Assembly: GCF_004010195.1 (NCBI RefSeq)
Contig: NW_025215322.1
Coordinates: forward strand, 1-40,168
Length of the DNA: 40,168 nucleotides
Source of the DNA: Chiloscyllium plagiosum
Lineage: Eukaryota
Direction of reading: 5' to 3'
Position 1 is the stretch's first letter. The number at the start of each line of letters is the position of its first letter. The position numbers were made by a program, and so were the translations under genes. The notes beneath the pieces were generated by a model. The model worked only from the letters and a program-made list of their open reading frames with translations. It was not told the DNA's origin and made no database searches. Shown one piece after another: positions 1-11,274 of this stretch.

Positions 1-116
1 TGCACACACAGGGATAATGTGAAAGAGCCACTCAAACAGTCACTCAAAGGTGGAACAGAATCCAGGTTCATGACACTGTGAGGACACAATGCTAACCACT
101 GTGCCATCGTGCCACC
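1..116 (-). mobile_element. Degenerate tRNA-derived SINE (HE1/V-SINE-like), 5' part
   Basis: Reverse complement reads GGTGGCACGATGGCACAGTGGTTAGCA...CTCACAGTG (A-box head); mirrors the SINE at 37,087. Confidence 0.8.
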
Positions 117-194
117 TGTACATCTCTGTAGATTCATACCATTACTAAAAATGTTGGAGGACAATGGCTTAATGGACCTATCACGAGACTGTTA

Positions 195-480
195 ATTCAT
201 GGACTTAAGTAAACGATCTGGGAAGCTGGGTTCAACATTCCCATGGCAGATGGTGAAATTGCCATGAGTCTAACGTGACAATGAAACAGTTGTCGTTTGT
301 CAGGAAGAAAACACATCTCACTAATGTCCTTCAGGGAAGGCAAACTGTCATCATTACCTCATCTACCCTACATGTGACTCCAGTCCTACGACTACCTGGT
401 TGACAGTTACCTGCCCTCAGGGCAATTACGAAAGGGTAGTAAGTGTTGACCTACACCTACATCCCTTCAATGTAAAAAAG
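195..480 (+). mobile_element. Degenerate SINE of a second family (SacSINE1/DeuSINE-like, from recollection)
   Basis: Motifs GGGTTCAA..CCCATGGCAGATGGTGAAATT, CAGGGAAGG, CTACATGTGACTCCAG, GGGCAATTA; mirrored at about 36,570-37,010. Confidence 0.55.
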
Positions 481-619
481 AGACTGGAGTTCCCCATGCA
501 CAGCCATCTCTCTGCTGCAGCCATAGCTCCCTTCTTAGATCTAGCCCCACACCGAGTCCATTATCACAAATATGAAATGATTCACTCCAAATTTGTTTCA
601 ATTTCAAAGATCAAGAACT

Positions 620-1478
620 GGAGGAATATGAGGCGTACAGCCTGCAGGCATTGGGTGGCTAGGTTTTGATGATGGAGGAAGCCCAGGACCTGCATGTCCT
701 TGGTGAAGTGGGGGGGAGTTGAAGTGTTCAGGCACGGCCCGGTGGGGTTGCTCAGTGCAAGTGTCCTAGTGATGTGGAGGGCAAAACTTGCGCCCACACA
801 TCTTCCCGCACCTTCGTCCAAGGCCCCAAAAGATCACTCCACATCCAACAGAAATTTACCTGTACTTCCACCAATGTCATCTACTGTATACGTTGCACTC
901 AATGTGGTGTCATCCACATCTGGGAGACAGGACGCCAACTTGTAGATCATTTCTGAGAACATCTCTGGGACACCAACATCAACCAACCCCACTATCCCGT
1001 GGGTGAACACTTCAACTCCCCCTCCCACTCCCCCAAGTATATGCAGGTCCTTGGCCTCCTCTATCGCCAAACTCTAGCCACCTGACCTCTGGAGGACCCC
1101 TAATTTTCCGCACAGGGACCCTCCAACCACACTGACTCAATGTGGATTTAACCAGTTTCCAAATTTGTCCTACCCCCACCTTATCCTTCGAACCTTCGAA
1201 CACAGCTCCGCCCACTTGAACTGTCCTATCTGTCCATCTTCCTTCCCAACTATCTGCTCCACCCTCCTCTCCGACCTGTCACTTTTATCCCTACCTTCAT
1301 CTACTTATCGCATTCCCAGCTATGTTCCCTGCAGACTGACCCCCCTCCCATTTATCTCTCTGCCCCCATTGGCCGACAAGCCTCATTCATGATGAAGGGT
1401 TTATGTCTGAAATGTCGATTTTCCTTCTCCACGGATGCTGCCTGACCTATTGTGCTTTTCCAGCACCACACTCTCGAA
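620..1478 (+). mobile_element. Penelope-like element 3' fragment (GIY-YIG endonuclease plus tail) with inverted 5' segment
   Basis: VIYCIRCTQCGVIHIWETGRQLVDHF (GIY-YIG) at about 877-955; 620-770 is an inverted copy of about 970-1,110; degenerate hammerhead core at about 1,390-1,416. Confidence 0.85.
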
Positions 1479-1682
1479 CTGCCCCAGTCCAGTGCACAGT
1501 AAGTCAAGGGTTAAATGTATCCATCATGCAGAGCACTGGATCACTCAGCACCCGACATCAGTGAGGAGGAGCTCTTGGGGAAGCAAAGACTGAATCTCAA
1601 GAGAAGAATAAAAAAGCTCCAAACACAGGGAATCACAGAATGCTCATGCTCCAGAACACTCTGTCTTCTCAAAAAATACTAA

Positions 1683-1868
1683 AAGAACTGCAGATGCTGG
1701 AAATGAGAAACAGAAACGGAAATTTCTGGAAAATGTCAGCAGGCATGGCGACATTGTGGAGAGAAATCACAGTAAATCTGCAGTTACTGGATCTGAACCG
1801 TTTACTCTGATTTCTCTCAACAGATGCTGCCAGACCTGCTGACCTTTTCCAGCAATATCTGGATTTTG
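1683..1868. mobile_element. Short fold-back element made of Penelope-type termini
   Basis: 1,726-1,776 is an imperfect inverted repeat of 1,801-1,852; CTGCAGATGCTGGA terminus; mirrored at about 35,170-35,355. Confidence 0.7.
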
Positions 1869-2088
1869 TTGTTATTGTTGTTGACTCAGTTTTCTGTATG
1901 GCACTGACCTCTGGCATTATGGCTGGCACGCTTTCTGAATCTTCCAGAGTTATTGGCTACCATATGAAATTTGTTTGATATTTTCCTACCCAACGCTCCA
2001 CCTGGTGAACTATTTTGGAATGGAAGAAACAGGACTCTATTGCATCAGAGAGGTTGATCCACAGTGCCACTTCCTTGATGTAAAACAC

Positions 2089-2459
2089 TGAGACTACACC
2101 TCCTCCCACCCCACTTCCTGTAAAAATGTAATCCCTTATTCCCAAAACCTCCGCCTCCGCCGCATCTTTTCCCAGGATGACCAACTCCACCTCAGAAAGT
2201 CCCAGATGGCCTCCTTCTTCCACGATCACAACTTCTCATGTGATTGACGATGCATTCCAGCCCCTCACTACCCCCGACCTACCACCTTCTCCGTCACCTT
2301 CATCCACCTACTGATTTCTCAGCTACCTTTGCCCAAACCCCACTCCCTCCCATTTATCTCTCATTCCCGACCCACACGCCTCATTCTTGATGAATGGCAT
2401 ATCCTGCTCCTCGGATACTGCCTGACCTGCTGTGCTTTTCCAGCACTACATTCTCGACT
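2089..2459 (+). mobile_element. Internally deleted Penelope-like fragment
   Basis: Post-RT segment (YTSSHPTSCKNVIPYSQ..RLRRI) joined to the 3' tail; the longer counterpart is at 33,808-34,925. Confidence 0.8.
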
Positions 2460-2464
2460 GTGTC

Positions 2465-4056
2465 AGATACATCCCAGACAGCAGTATTGATGCAGAAGCC
2501 CTGAGATTTACAATGTTGTGTGGGATTGAACAGCTCAGTGTTATCGTTACTGCAAACATTTATGAACCACCAAGTGCGAGCTCGCAATAACACTCCCCTT
2601 CATACTAATTCACGCTCACTCTAACGCAATTTCCACCCCTCGGTAGCCATAAAACAGTTTGGCTTTACTCAGCACCTAAATGTAATCTCCAGTAAACCAC
2701 CCCACCTGTTAACCACAATCACTGTTTGGACAGACATCCCGTGTGACAGTTGGTGCAGAGTTGTCCCATGCTATGGGGCAAAGAACACCATGCAAATCCG
2801 GATCAACAGGCAGTACGACACACATGTCGTTTTGACAATCAAAGTATTCAACAACACACATCATAATTCATATTCTATTAGCAGTGTGCTACTGACCGAC
2901 ATGAATCAACTGGTGACCCAGATATATTATCCAACTCACTGAGTCCCTGGGTCCTAAACACCAGATCAACTGAACGTCCCAACAGCAGGGCGAACTATCA
3001 GTCCGTATGGCCGGAAGTTCTTGATTCTGATTGGACCTTGGAGCAACACAGAAATATTAAACATCATAAATCACACATTTGTCACCCCAAACCAACTTGT
3101 CTTCCATCAATGAAAAATCCTGGTGAATCACACAATCTCCACTGTTCTGAGCGCCGTAGACCAGAGTCAAGAACAGAGATGTCACAAAGTTGTAGGAGCA
3201 CTGCACTCCATGGTGTAACACTATGGCCTCATGGTGAATCGGTTTTAAAATATATCCAGAGGATGCATCTATCTGTACCAACAAAATAACAATAAAAAAG
3301 CAATCCCAAACGAATGTACATGGCAGCCCCTTCACATTGAACACTATTGTTAATGGAATATCAAAGGGTAACAGCAACAAACGGCAACGTGGGAAACATC
3401 CTGTTGGACAAAGGTATTTGATCCTCGGTGTGAGAGCTGTTACCACTATACTCCAGATGTCAGTGTTTGTCTTAATAAACTCCACGACATAGCACTGTCC
3501 AACGTTTTACCAATGACACAACTCACTCTTTTTTTTTGACAATCAAATAATTCAATGATACGCATCATAATTGGTACCCTATGCTCAACGCCTCTCCCAG
3601 AGAAATGTCCTCACAAATATCATGCCTCCACACATCCACTGACTAAAAAAATACAGACAAGATGGTCAAAACTATCCGTGTTGACATCCACTTATCACTC
3701 TGTAAGGACTTGCTCAAATTGATCGTGTCCACCTGTGAGCTCTCATTTGGAAAGAACTGCCTGAGCAAGACCCACCAACACAATCCCTTCAGATTAAGGA
3801 ATGGGAAACACCAGGTATCACTAAGAGGTGGGTTGTTATAAAACCCATCTGACCAATAGCAGGCTTTAAACTCCCACAGAGAGAGTGCGGTCTTGCTAAA
3901 CACTTTCTCGAACAGCCAGGTCTGATGCTCAGCCAAACCCCATCAATGTGACCAGAGGATAAATCCATTCTGCACGGGATTGAGAAACAGACAATGCTGC
4001 ACATTGCTGAGGAACCTCCTAACAAAACAACTATTTGCTTTCGACTCAGTAAGTGA
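2465..4056 (+). pseudogene. Unidentified degenerate coding-like segment with repeated Ig-like motifs (probably also 1,870-2,088)
   Basis: A/C-rich strand; internal repeat 2,831-2,868 vs 3,535-3,572 (32/38 nt) translating LTIKVFNNTHHNSY and LTIK*FNDTHHNWY, each preceded by a WT..C motif; many stops and frameshifts. Confidence 0.3.
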
Positions 4057-4175
4057 GGCTACTGACATCTGGCATCAGTAATTGTCTTGCTAAATGGAAA
4101 TAAAATGATTAAGAGTCAAAAATAAGTCTGATTTAATGCAGAGGTGTATACAAGTTAAGTTGTTACAATACTTAT

Positions 4176-4242
4176 CAGGAATACCAACAACAGCAAGGCT
4201 GGTATAGTATACTTTAGCTACATTTTGTGCTGGAAGGTGCAT
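4176..4242 (-). pseudogene. GPR139/GPR142-like class A GPCR, coding exon 1 (left copy)
   Basis: MHLPAQNVAKVYYTSLAVVGIP plus 1 nt (67 bp), the YY..LA..G.P start of TM1; followed by ATAAGT instead of GTAAG. Confidence 0.75.
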
Positions 4243-4872
4243 TTTGTTGTTTGTGAACCAATCTCTCCCTGCTGCTGGCAATCTGTGGGAACGGGAAAAT
4301 TCTCTCGAAATTGGAACTAACGCAGTTCCAGTGATTCTTTTAATACTGTATGGCATCTCCACTGGGAAACTGTGACTAAACCTTCAAATTTCTTGAGATG
4401 ATTTTGAAGAAACAAATTATGACAACAAGTTTATTTTAATGATGTGATATCATTGAGATTTGCCTCTGTAATTGAATACCCCAAAGATTGGATTAATCTG
4501 AACCTATTACGCATCAACGTATATTTCAATTTGTCTTCACACAAAGAACACTTGTATTATTTCACATACTATCAGTGCCATAAACATCTGAATATCTTCT
4601 AATATTCTTTTCCATGAAGCTCTTAATTTTGCTGAGGTTACTCAGTCATTCAGTACCTCATGCTGTCGAGCTCCTTGAGAGCTGTTCGACTGCACGCTGT
4701 TATCCCACTGCTGTTCTTGTCCATTCAGTTATACAACTCATTTGGGAAATTCTGTCTGTGAGCTAGCACTCTAATACAGAACTTGAAGATTATACTGAAC
4801 ACAACAAGAACTGGAAATTATGCACAAACAAATACGAGAAAAGAAACTAATTCAGAACCTTCCCTTCAGAAA

Positions 4873-5385
4873 TATAGAATGACAGAATCACATAGAACAG
4901 AAGAAGCTGGGCGGCCCAAACAAAATTATACTGAATCAACATTCATCCCATTTTCCAGCACTTGTCCCATAGCTTTTAATGTTATGACATTTCAAGGTCT
5001 CATCAAGTATTGTTTAAAGGTTGTGAGTTTTCGCGTCTCAACTCCCCTCCCGATCAGTGTATTGCAGGCCCCTTCCACCCACGAGGTGAGAAGACTTTCA
5101 GCTTAAACTTATCCTGCCTTGTTACTGTCCCTTCGACAAAGGGGAAACAACTACTGTTTATCTGCACTGTCTATGTCCCTCGTAGTATTATATACCCCGA
5201 TTCCTGCTCTAAATAAAGCAGTCCGAGCTTATGAGCCACCCTCTTCACAACTGCATTGCGACACCCCCAGCAATATTCTGGGCGAATATCTTTTTTCAAT
5301 TCCTCCAGTCCAATCAAATCCATCCTCTAATGCAGTGACCAGAACTGCACACAATTCTCCAAATCTGGCCTAAACAAATTCCTGA
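4873..5385 (-). mobile_element. CR1 LINE 3' fragment
   Basis: Tail ATAGAATGACAGAATCACATAGAAC; reverse strand reads like the CR1 ORF2 C-terminus (R..L.NCVQFWS); mirrored at 25,230-25,780. Confidence 0.75.
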
Positions 5386-5389
5386 TTGA

Positions 5390-6275
5390 TTCAATTTTTT
5401 GAAGTGGGAACCAAGAAGGTAGATGAGGGCTGTGCGACAGCCATTGCCCACATGGACTTTAGAAAGATATTTGACAAGGTATTGCATGGGTGGATTGTTG
5501 AGTAAGGTAAAATCTTATGGGGGGAAAGTGAACACTGCAGATGCTGGAGATCAAAACGAGAATGTAGTGCTGGAATACAACAGCAGGTCAGGCAGCATCT
5601 GAGGAGTAAGAGAGTGGACGTTTTGGGCATAAGCGCTTCATCATGAATGTCACAGGACCCAGGAGTCCGAGGGAATTGGATCAAAAATTGGTTTGATGGT
5701 AGAAGGCAGAGGGTAGGGGAGACAATTGTTTTTCAAACCGGTGGCCTGTGACCAGCGGTGTACCACAAGTTCTGGGTCCACTGTTATTTATCATTTATAT
5801 CAATGAATTGGATAGTGATTTCAGAGGTACCATTAGAAGGTTTGTGGATGCCACCAAGATTGAAGGTACAGTGGGCAGTGAAGAAGGTTATCTAGGAATG
5901 CAGTTAGATTTTCAACAACTGAGCCATTGTGCTGTGGAATTGCAGATTGAGATTAATTTAGATAAATGGATGATGTTACATGTCGGTAGGACTTACATAT
6001 TCAATGGTAGAGCACTGAGGAGTGTGACAAAACAAAGAGTTTCCTTTCAAGTGTCAAAGCATTGAGTATTTGGAAATGGAAGCCTTGTTGCAGCTGTATA
6101 AGATATTGGTGAGTCCGCATTTGGAATACTGCATGCAGTTCTAGCTGCCTTACTATATGAAGAAGATGATTACACTGGAAAGAGTGCAGAAAAAGATTCA
6201 CTAGCATGCTGGCTGGACTGGAAGCTTTTTTTCTTCCCTGGAGAATAAAAGACCGAGGGGTGACCTTACAGTGGT
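5390..6275 (+). mobile_element. CR1 LINE RT fragment, interrupted by a Penelope tail at about 5,524-5,650
   Basis: MDFRKIFDKV, TSGVPQ-VLGPLLFIIYINELD, RFVDATKIEG, LVSPHLEYCMQF; mirrored at about 24,470-25,230. Confidence 0.85.
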
Positions 6276-6924
6276 CGTTAAACCTATAAATAACCCATCA
6301 CACACAAAACTATAAATATTTTTATGCCTTTATCCGGAATTCCTTCCTTTGCTTGGATATACAATTGAATCTTCTCATCAATAGTTCCTTAAACCTTTCC
6401 ACAGAGAAAATGAGCTCACCTGTCTCCATCAGAAGCAAACTAGACGATCTCACAATTTATCACAGATTTCAAGTTAATGTAGTCCGCAACTCTCACTTCA
6501 ACTCTCTGTATTCCCATTTTCTGAGGAACAAACAGAGACAAATTAGTTCTTCACTAAATAATAAATGAGAAAATTAAGGTTTATTGAAGTAATTGGAACA
6601 GAAATATTATCTTGGGTTCTTCCTGTGTCTAGCCAGGAAGCTAGACACAGAATCCGTTCTATATCAAGATTGCTCAGAAGTATTATTGTGGACAAACCCT
6701 ATCATGACAGAAATTCAACTTAATAACTATACGGAATAATGACTCTAATGTCAACCAGGAAACGATCGTCAATTGTCGTAACAAGCCAATTCGTTCATTA
6801 ATGTCCTATAGGGAACGAGAAATGCTGTATTTACACGCTCTGTTGAAGAAACAATGACGATATATGTGTTGAACTGAAACAAAAGAAGGTGGTGATCAGT
6901 TTGACGGGATTGTACTAAAGCTCC

Positions 6925-7140
6925 CGACAATAGCCCGTGGGAAATTAAGGAATAAATATAACCACGAAACGCAGAGAGATGCAAGACGAATCATATTGTA
7001 ATAGTCTGGACTTTAATTTTCCAAACATAGACTGGGATTGCCACGGTGTTAAGGGCTTAAATGGGAGGAATTGCTTCATTGTGAGCAAGAAAGCTTTTTA
7101 ATCAATAAGTAGATGTCACAACAGAGAAGGGGCAGAGCTC
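6925..7140 (+). mobile_element. CR1 LINE endonuclease fragment
   Basis: DFNFPNIDWD motif at about 7,009-7,038; mirrored at about 23,452-23,670. Confidence 0.75.
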
Positions 7141-7269
7141 TCCACCATCCACTGAAAAATTGTACAGGCTGATGATACCCCAAATGGAGTGATCATTTAT
7201 TGCTACTAACCCTCATGGGTATAGTTGGACCATACTTCTGGAAATCCTCATCTATCCTCAAGAGCAGGT

Positions 7270-8181
7270 TGTTATGGACCAGGCCAGACTCCCTCAAAAT
7301 ATTCCAAGAGGGAAGCCTAGACCCTTACTTTCACTTATTTTAAAGGTACATGTGAGGTGGATATTCCAGGTGTGATACAGCTGGTCAAACCACTCGGCAT
7401 TAAGCAAAACAGTATTTATTTAAACACTACAGTTGAAACACGAACAAACAGGGCGGCACGGTGGTACAGTGGTTAGCACTGCTGCCTCACAGCGCTAGAG
7501 ACCCGGGTTCAATTCCCGACTCAGGCGACTGACTGTGTGGAGTTTGCACGTTCTCCCCGTGTCTGCGTGGGTTTCCTCCGGGTGCTCCGGTTTCCTCCCA
7601 CAGTCCAAAGATGTGCAGGTCAGGTGAATTGGCCATGCTAAATTGCCCGTAGTATTAGGTAAGGGGTAAATGTAGCGGTAGGGGTATGGGTGGGTTGTGC
7701 TTCGGCGGGTCGGTGTGGACTTGTTGGGCCGAAGGGTCTGTTTCCACACAGTAAGTAATCTAATCTAATTAAGAAAAAAAAATCTAATTAAAAGGAAAAC
7801 CGAGTTTAGAATAACTTAAATATTTGAAAACCATCTAATTCGTTACAGCAACCTAACAGAGGAACTGTCCCAATTCCCACAAAATCCCATAAACACATTC
7901 TTTGGCAAAAGGTAAATTCAAACACAGTTTCTTACAGACAAGAAAGATCCAAAGTGAAAGCCAGTCAGGAACAGCGGTGAAGTTTGAAACCTTTCTGCTA
8001 TTGCAGGCAGCTTTTTACTGTTACAACCAAAAGAACCCAGAAAAAAAACAGAACTGGGAGAACTCCCCTGCTATTGCTAAATTAGGCTTTAGCCCAGGAA
8101 TCTTGGCACCTCTGCTTTTACGACCACTCTTGGAAAAAACAAAAGACAAAATAACCTTTTTAAAGTGACAGCATCGTCACA
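7270..8181 (-). repeat. 3' LTR of the Gmr1-like element (contains a SINE)
   Basis: Reverse complement begins TGTGACGATGC and ends CCATAACA; purine-rich GGAGG immediately upstream. Confidence 0.85.
7451..7769 (+). mobile_element. Full-length young HE1/V-SINE-type SINE
   Basis: GGGCGGCACGGTGG head, B box GGTTCAATTCC, V-domain GGGTTTCCTCCGGGTGCTCCGGTTTCCTCCCACAGTCCAAAGA, (TAATC)n tail; absent from the paralogous LTR. Confidence 0.93.
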
Positions 8182-10976
8182 CCTCCAGTACAAAAATGGC
8201 TTCATTTTAAATCACTTTACCTTACTCTGTTAGTACACTACATTATATTGACTAAAACCATGCAAACATGCCCGATTACATTTTATTTCCGCCTGTTTAC
8301 TCCGGCCACTGAACGCCTTCGTTTATTCATTCAAGTCTCAACAATGTGTCGGCATTTACGTTTTCTCTTCCTGCCAGATGCATAATTTTCAAATTGAGTG
8401 ATTGCAATTACAAGCTCCAATAACAGGTTTAGTCCTTAAAGTTTTGTTCTTAAATTTCTCCAAAAACTTTAATGAGTAACGATCAATATATATGCTTGTC
8501 TCAGACACATTACTACCAACATAAGTGTCGGAATGTTGTATCGCTAACACTAAGCTCAAGATCTCCCTCTCAGTTGTTGAATACTTCTTTTGATGAATGT
8601 TCGGATTCTGGAGAAATATCAATAGGTCTTTCTATCTTCCCATCGTCTTCTTGTAAGAGTACAGCACTAACACCCACATCACGGATATCAGCACTAACAC
8701 CTACATCACCCACCTTGAATAGCTTTGCGTAATTAGGTGTGGTTAATACTCGGGCAGTGATTGCCACAGCTTTCAGGCTGTCAAATGCTTTCTGGCAGTT
8801 TGCTTTCCACTGAAACTTCCTGAATTTCTGCAGTAATTCAATAAATTAGCCAACTGCTAAAATTCAGTATGAACGTCCGCCAAAACCCTCTCAATCCCAC
8901 GAAGCGTAGTAACTCTGTCTTCATTGATTGTATGGGAAACTCCCCAATAATCTGCTTTGACTCAACCATTTGATCAAACACAGACTCTGATACTTCTACT
9001 TCAACTCCCTTATCTGTATTCTGTAATTTCTCCTCCTCTTTCAGCTGGTGACTTTGTGATTCCGTAACCACACTGTCAGGAAAAAAATCCCAGGACATGA
9101 TTTCTGCAATAGCCCAGGTGCCTGATTTTACACTGGCTTTTCAACCACAATAGACGGCACTTATACTTGTGACCCAGCTATATCGTGATCAAGGACAAAT
9201 TATATTCCTGGTGCCGAGAGTTCTTCCACTCCACCTACTTCTCCACTTTTCACTGGTCACACCTAACCTCACTCTACAAAAAGTGCACGTACGAGCACTT
9301 CTTACCTGGCAATAGTCCTTCTGAGTTCAATATTTACTCATCTCTCAACATCAAAGATCGACTTGACCCTGTATCTCTTAATTCTCTGACCTGTTTACCT
9401 GCTGCTCCTGAGCAATGTGAATAAACTTTACCTTTGCAAGTAAATGGGTTAAGATCTGGCATGTTCGCCTTAACCAACCTCTGACCAGGTTGTACATTCT
9501 GGTGCAGCTTTTTAGCTTCCACTGTGCTATCCTTTACCACTTCAACAAAATTCACTGGCTTATCCTGTTATCCTGCCTCCGTCTTCCCAGTGCTTTTCCT
9601 AATCCACCAACACTGTGATTTCATGCGGCCCACTTCATTGCAGTGAAAACACCGGAGATTTTTTAACTTCTCTTTCCCCTTCAATGGTTTCCTTTTTACC
9701 CTGTGGTAACCTTTCTTTGTGATCTTCACCAAGATCTAATGTTCCCTTACCACATGAGGATTTCTCTTTTCCCGAATTTCTATCCCTCATGAAATGAAAC
9801 TTATGTTGGAAGCCAAAATATTATTTATGTATCAACTCATAATTATCAGCCATTTCAGCTGCTAATCTCTGCCGTTTTCACTCTCTGCTCTTCCACATGA
9901 GCTCTCATTCCGTCAGGGAGTGATTTTTTTCAATTCTCCAAATTAATTGCCGAAGCGCATCATATGTTTTATTTATTTTTCACGCCTTTATTCACCTGTA
10001 AAAATTCCTTTGTTTCATCCTTCTAAACTCAACGTTTCTTTGACCAGGTTCCCTCCTTAGATTCCTGAAACATTGTCTGCGGCCTTCAGGCTCCAACTCA
10101 TATACACTTAAAATGGCTTTCTTCAATTTCTCATACACCTCCCCCCGATACCTCCTCTGATAGTGAGGCAAATACCTCTCTCGCTCTACATACTAACTTT
10201 GGTCGGATCAACAAAACCCACATGGTCACTGGTCACTTCATTTCTTTAGCCACTTTCTCAAATGCAATGCAAAAGTCTTCTCCATCCTTCTCCTCAACGT
10301 ACGATAATGCTTGGATATATTTAAACAGATTCCCACAGCCCTTGGATGCGATGGGTTTGCACATCCTCACTAATGTCCTCACTAAGACTACCTTCTACCT
10401 TCACCGCCATCCTTTTTAACCAAATTTCCTGTCTAAGTGTCAGATTATGAATGTCAAACTCTCTCTCTCTTTCTCCCTTTCCTCTCTCTCTTTTCTTTTT
10501 TAATTCTGCCAAAGCGATTCTGTCCTTTTCTTTTTGTTCTGCTTGGCCCTTCCTTTCCTTTTGCTTTTTTTTCCTGCTGGAGTGACTTGCACTTTTTCCT
10601 CTTTGATCTGCTTTGAATCGTAATTTAAACTGTTTCCATTCTTTTCGGTGTTCAAGCTGCCTCCTCTCCAATTGAATTCCAATCACTTCCAGCAAATGTA
10701 AATGCCAAGCTATTGCTGGAATTATCTTCTTTTTCTCACAACTGAAGGTAACCTCAACTCCACCCAATCTGCCAGTTCCAATAGCTTTGCCTTGCTCACC
10801 TTCTGTAAGTTCCCCAAAGACACTTTGTCCACCACAAGAAAACTCTTAGTGACTGAAAGAGGCACTAATGTACAAAGCCCTGTTTTAACCACCCGAATCC
10901 AATCCCCAGAACAAAAGGCATTAGCACCGACTAGCTGCTGACAATCCCATACCCAAATTGGAATTATCCAATAAAG

Positions 10977-11272
10977 ACTGGTTAGCAAGGTTAGATCACA
11001 TGGGGAACTGTCCATTTGGAGACAGAATTGGCTTGAAAGGAGGAGACTGGAGGCCTATGACCAGTGGGGTGCCACAAGGATTGGTGCTGGTTCCACTGTT
11101 TTTGTCATTTATATAAATGATTTGGATGTGAACATAGGATATACAGTTCTTAAGGTTGCAAACGACATCAAATTTGGACGTGTAGTGGACTGGGAAGAAG
11201 GTTACCTCAGAGTAGATCAGTATCTTAATCAGATGGGCCAATAGGCCGAAGAGTAGCAGATGGATTTCAAAT
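10977..11272 (+). mobile_element. CR1 LINE RT fragment
   Basis: WRPMTSGVPQGLVLVPLFLSFI / INDLDVN / KVANDIKFG motifs. Confidence 0.85.
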
Positions 11273-11274
11273 AC

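Larger units (their letters stand above)
1..10910. repeat. Left arm of large inverted segmental duplication (continues beyond window start; may extend inward to about 12,740)
   Basis: Colinear reverse-complement anchors: 120-200 vs about 37,005-37,085; 340-380 vs 36,816-36,870; 1,480-1,570 vs 35,470-35,560; 4,176-4,242 vs 31,971-32,037; 4,440-4,860 vs 25,785-26,205; LTR 7,270-8,181 vs 22,759-23,321; 10,850-10,910 vs 20,049-20,110. Non-repeat sequence and TE junctions are shared. Confidence 0.95.
7270..10975 (-). mobile_element. Gmr1-like Ty3/Gypsy LTR retrotransposon relic (SCAN-gag, protease, RT end/RNase H, 3' LTR), left copy
   Basis: FEKVAKEMK*P...KKAILSVYELEPEGRRQCFRNL (SCAN-type gag), CFHCNEVGRMKSQC knuckle, LRDTG protease (about 9,368-9,382), RFVGLRGFWRTFILNFS, QKKYSTTERE RNase H; 3' LTR 7,270-8,181 with TG...CA ends; no 5' LTR seen. 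Confidence 0.88.

Noticed and set aside
3057..3936. Minus-strand hydrophobic, Cys-rich ORFs as a V2R/class C GPCR or membrane protein
   Set aside because: No family motif is recognisable and the frames break differently in the paralogous copy. The composition is explained by a T/G-rich antisense strand.
7451..7530. tRNA gene (also at 19,440, 31,405 and 14,520)
   Set aside because: These are tRNA-derived SINE heads: identical to, or continuing into, SINE bodies.
10321..10767. 148-aa Lys/Glu-rich ORF as a host gene
   Set aside because: It is the coiled-coil N-terminal gag region of the LTR element.
7270..10975. Endogenous retrovirus (e.g. foamy-like)
   Set aside because: The RT/RNase H motifs are Gypsy-type, RNase H abuts the 3' LTR, and no env lies inside the element.
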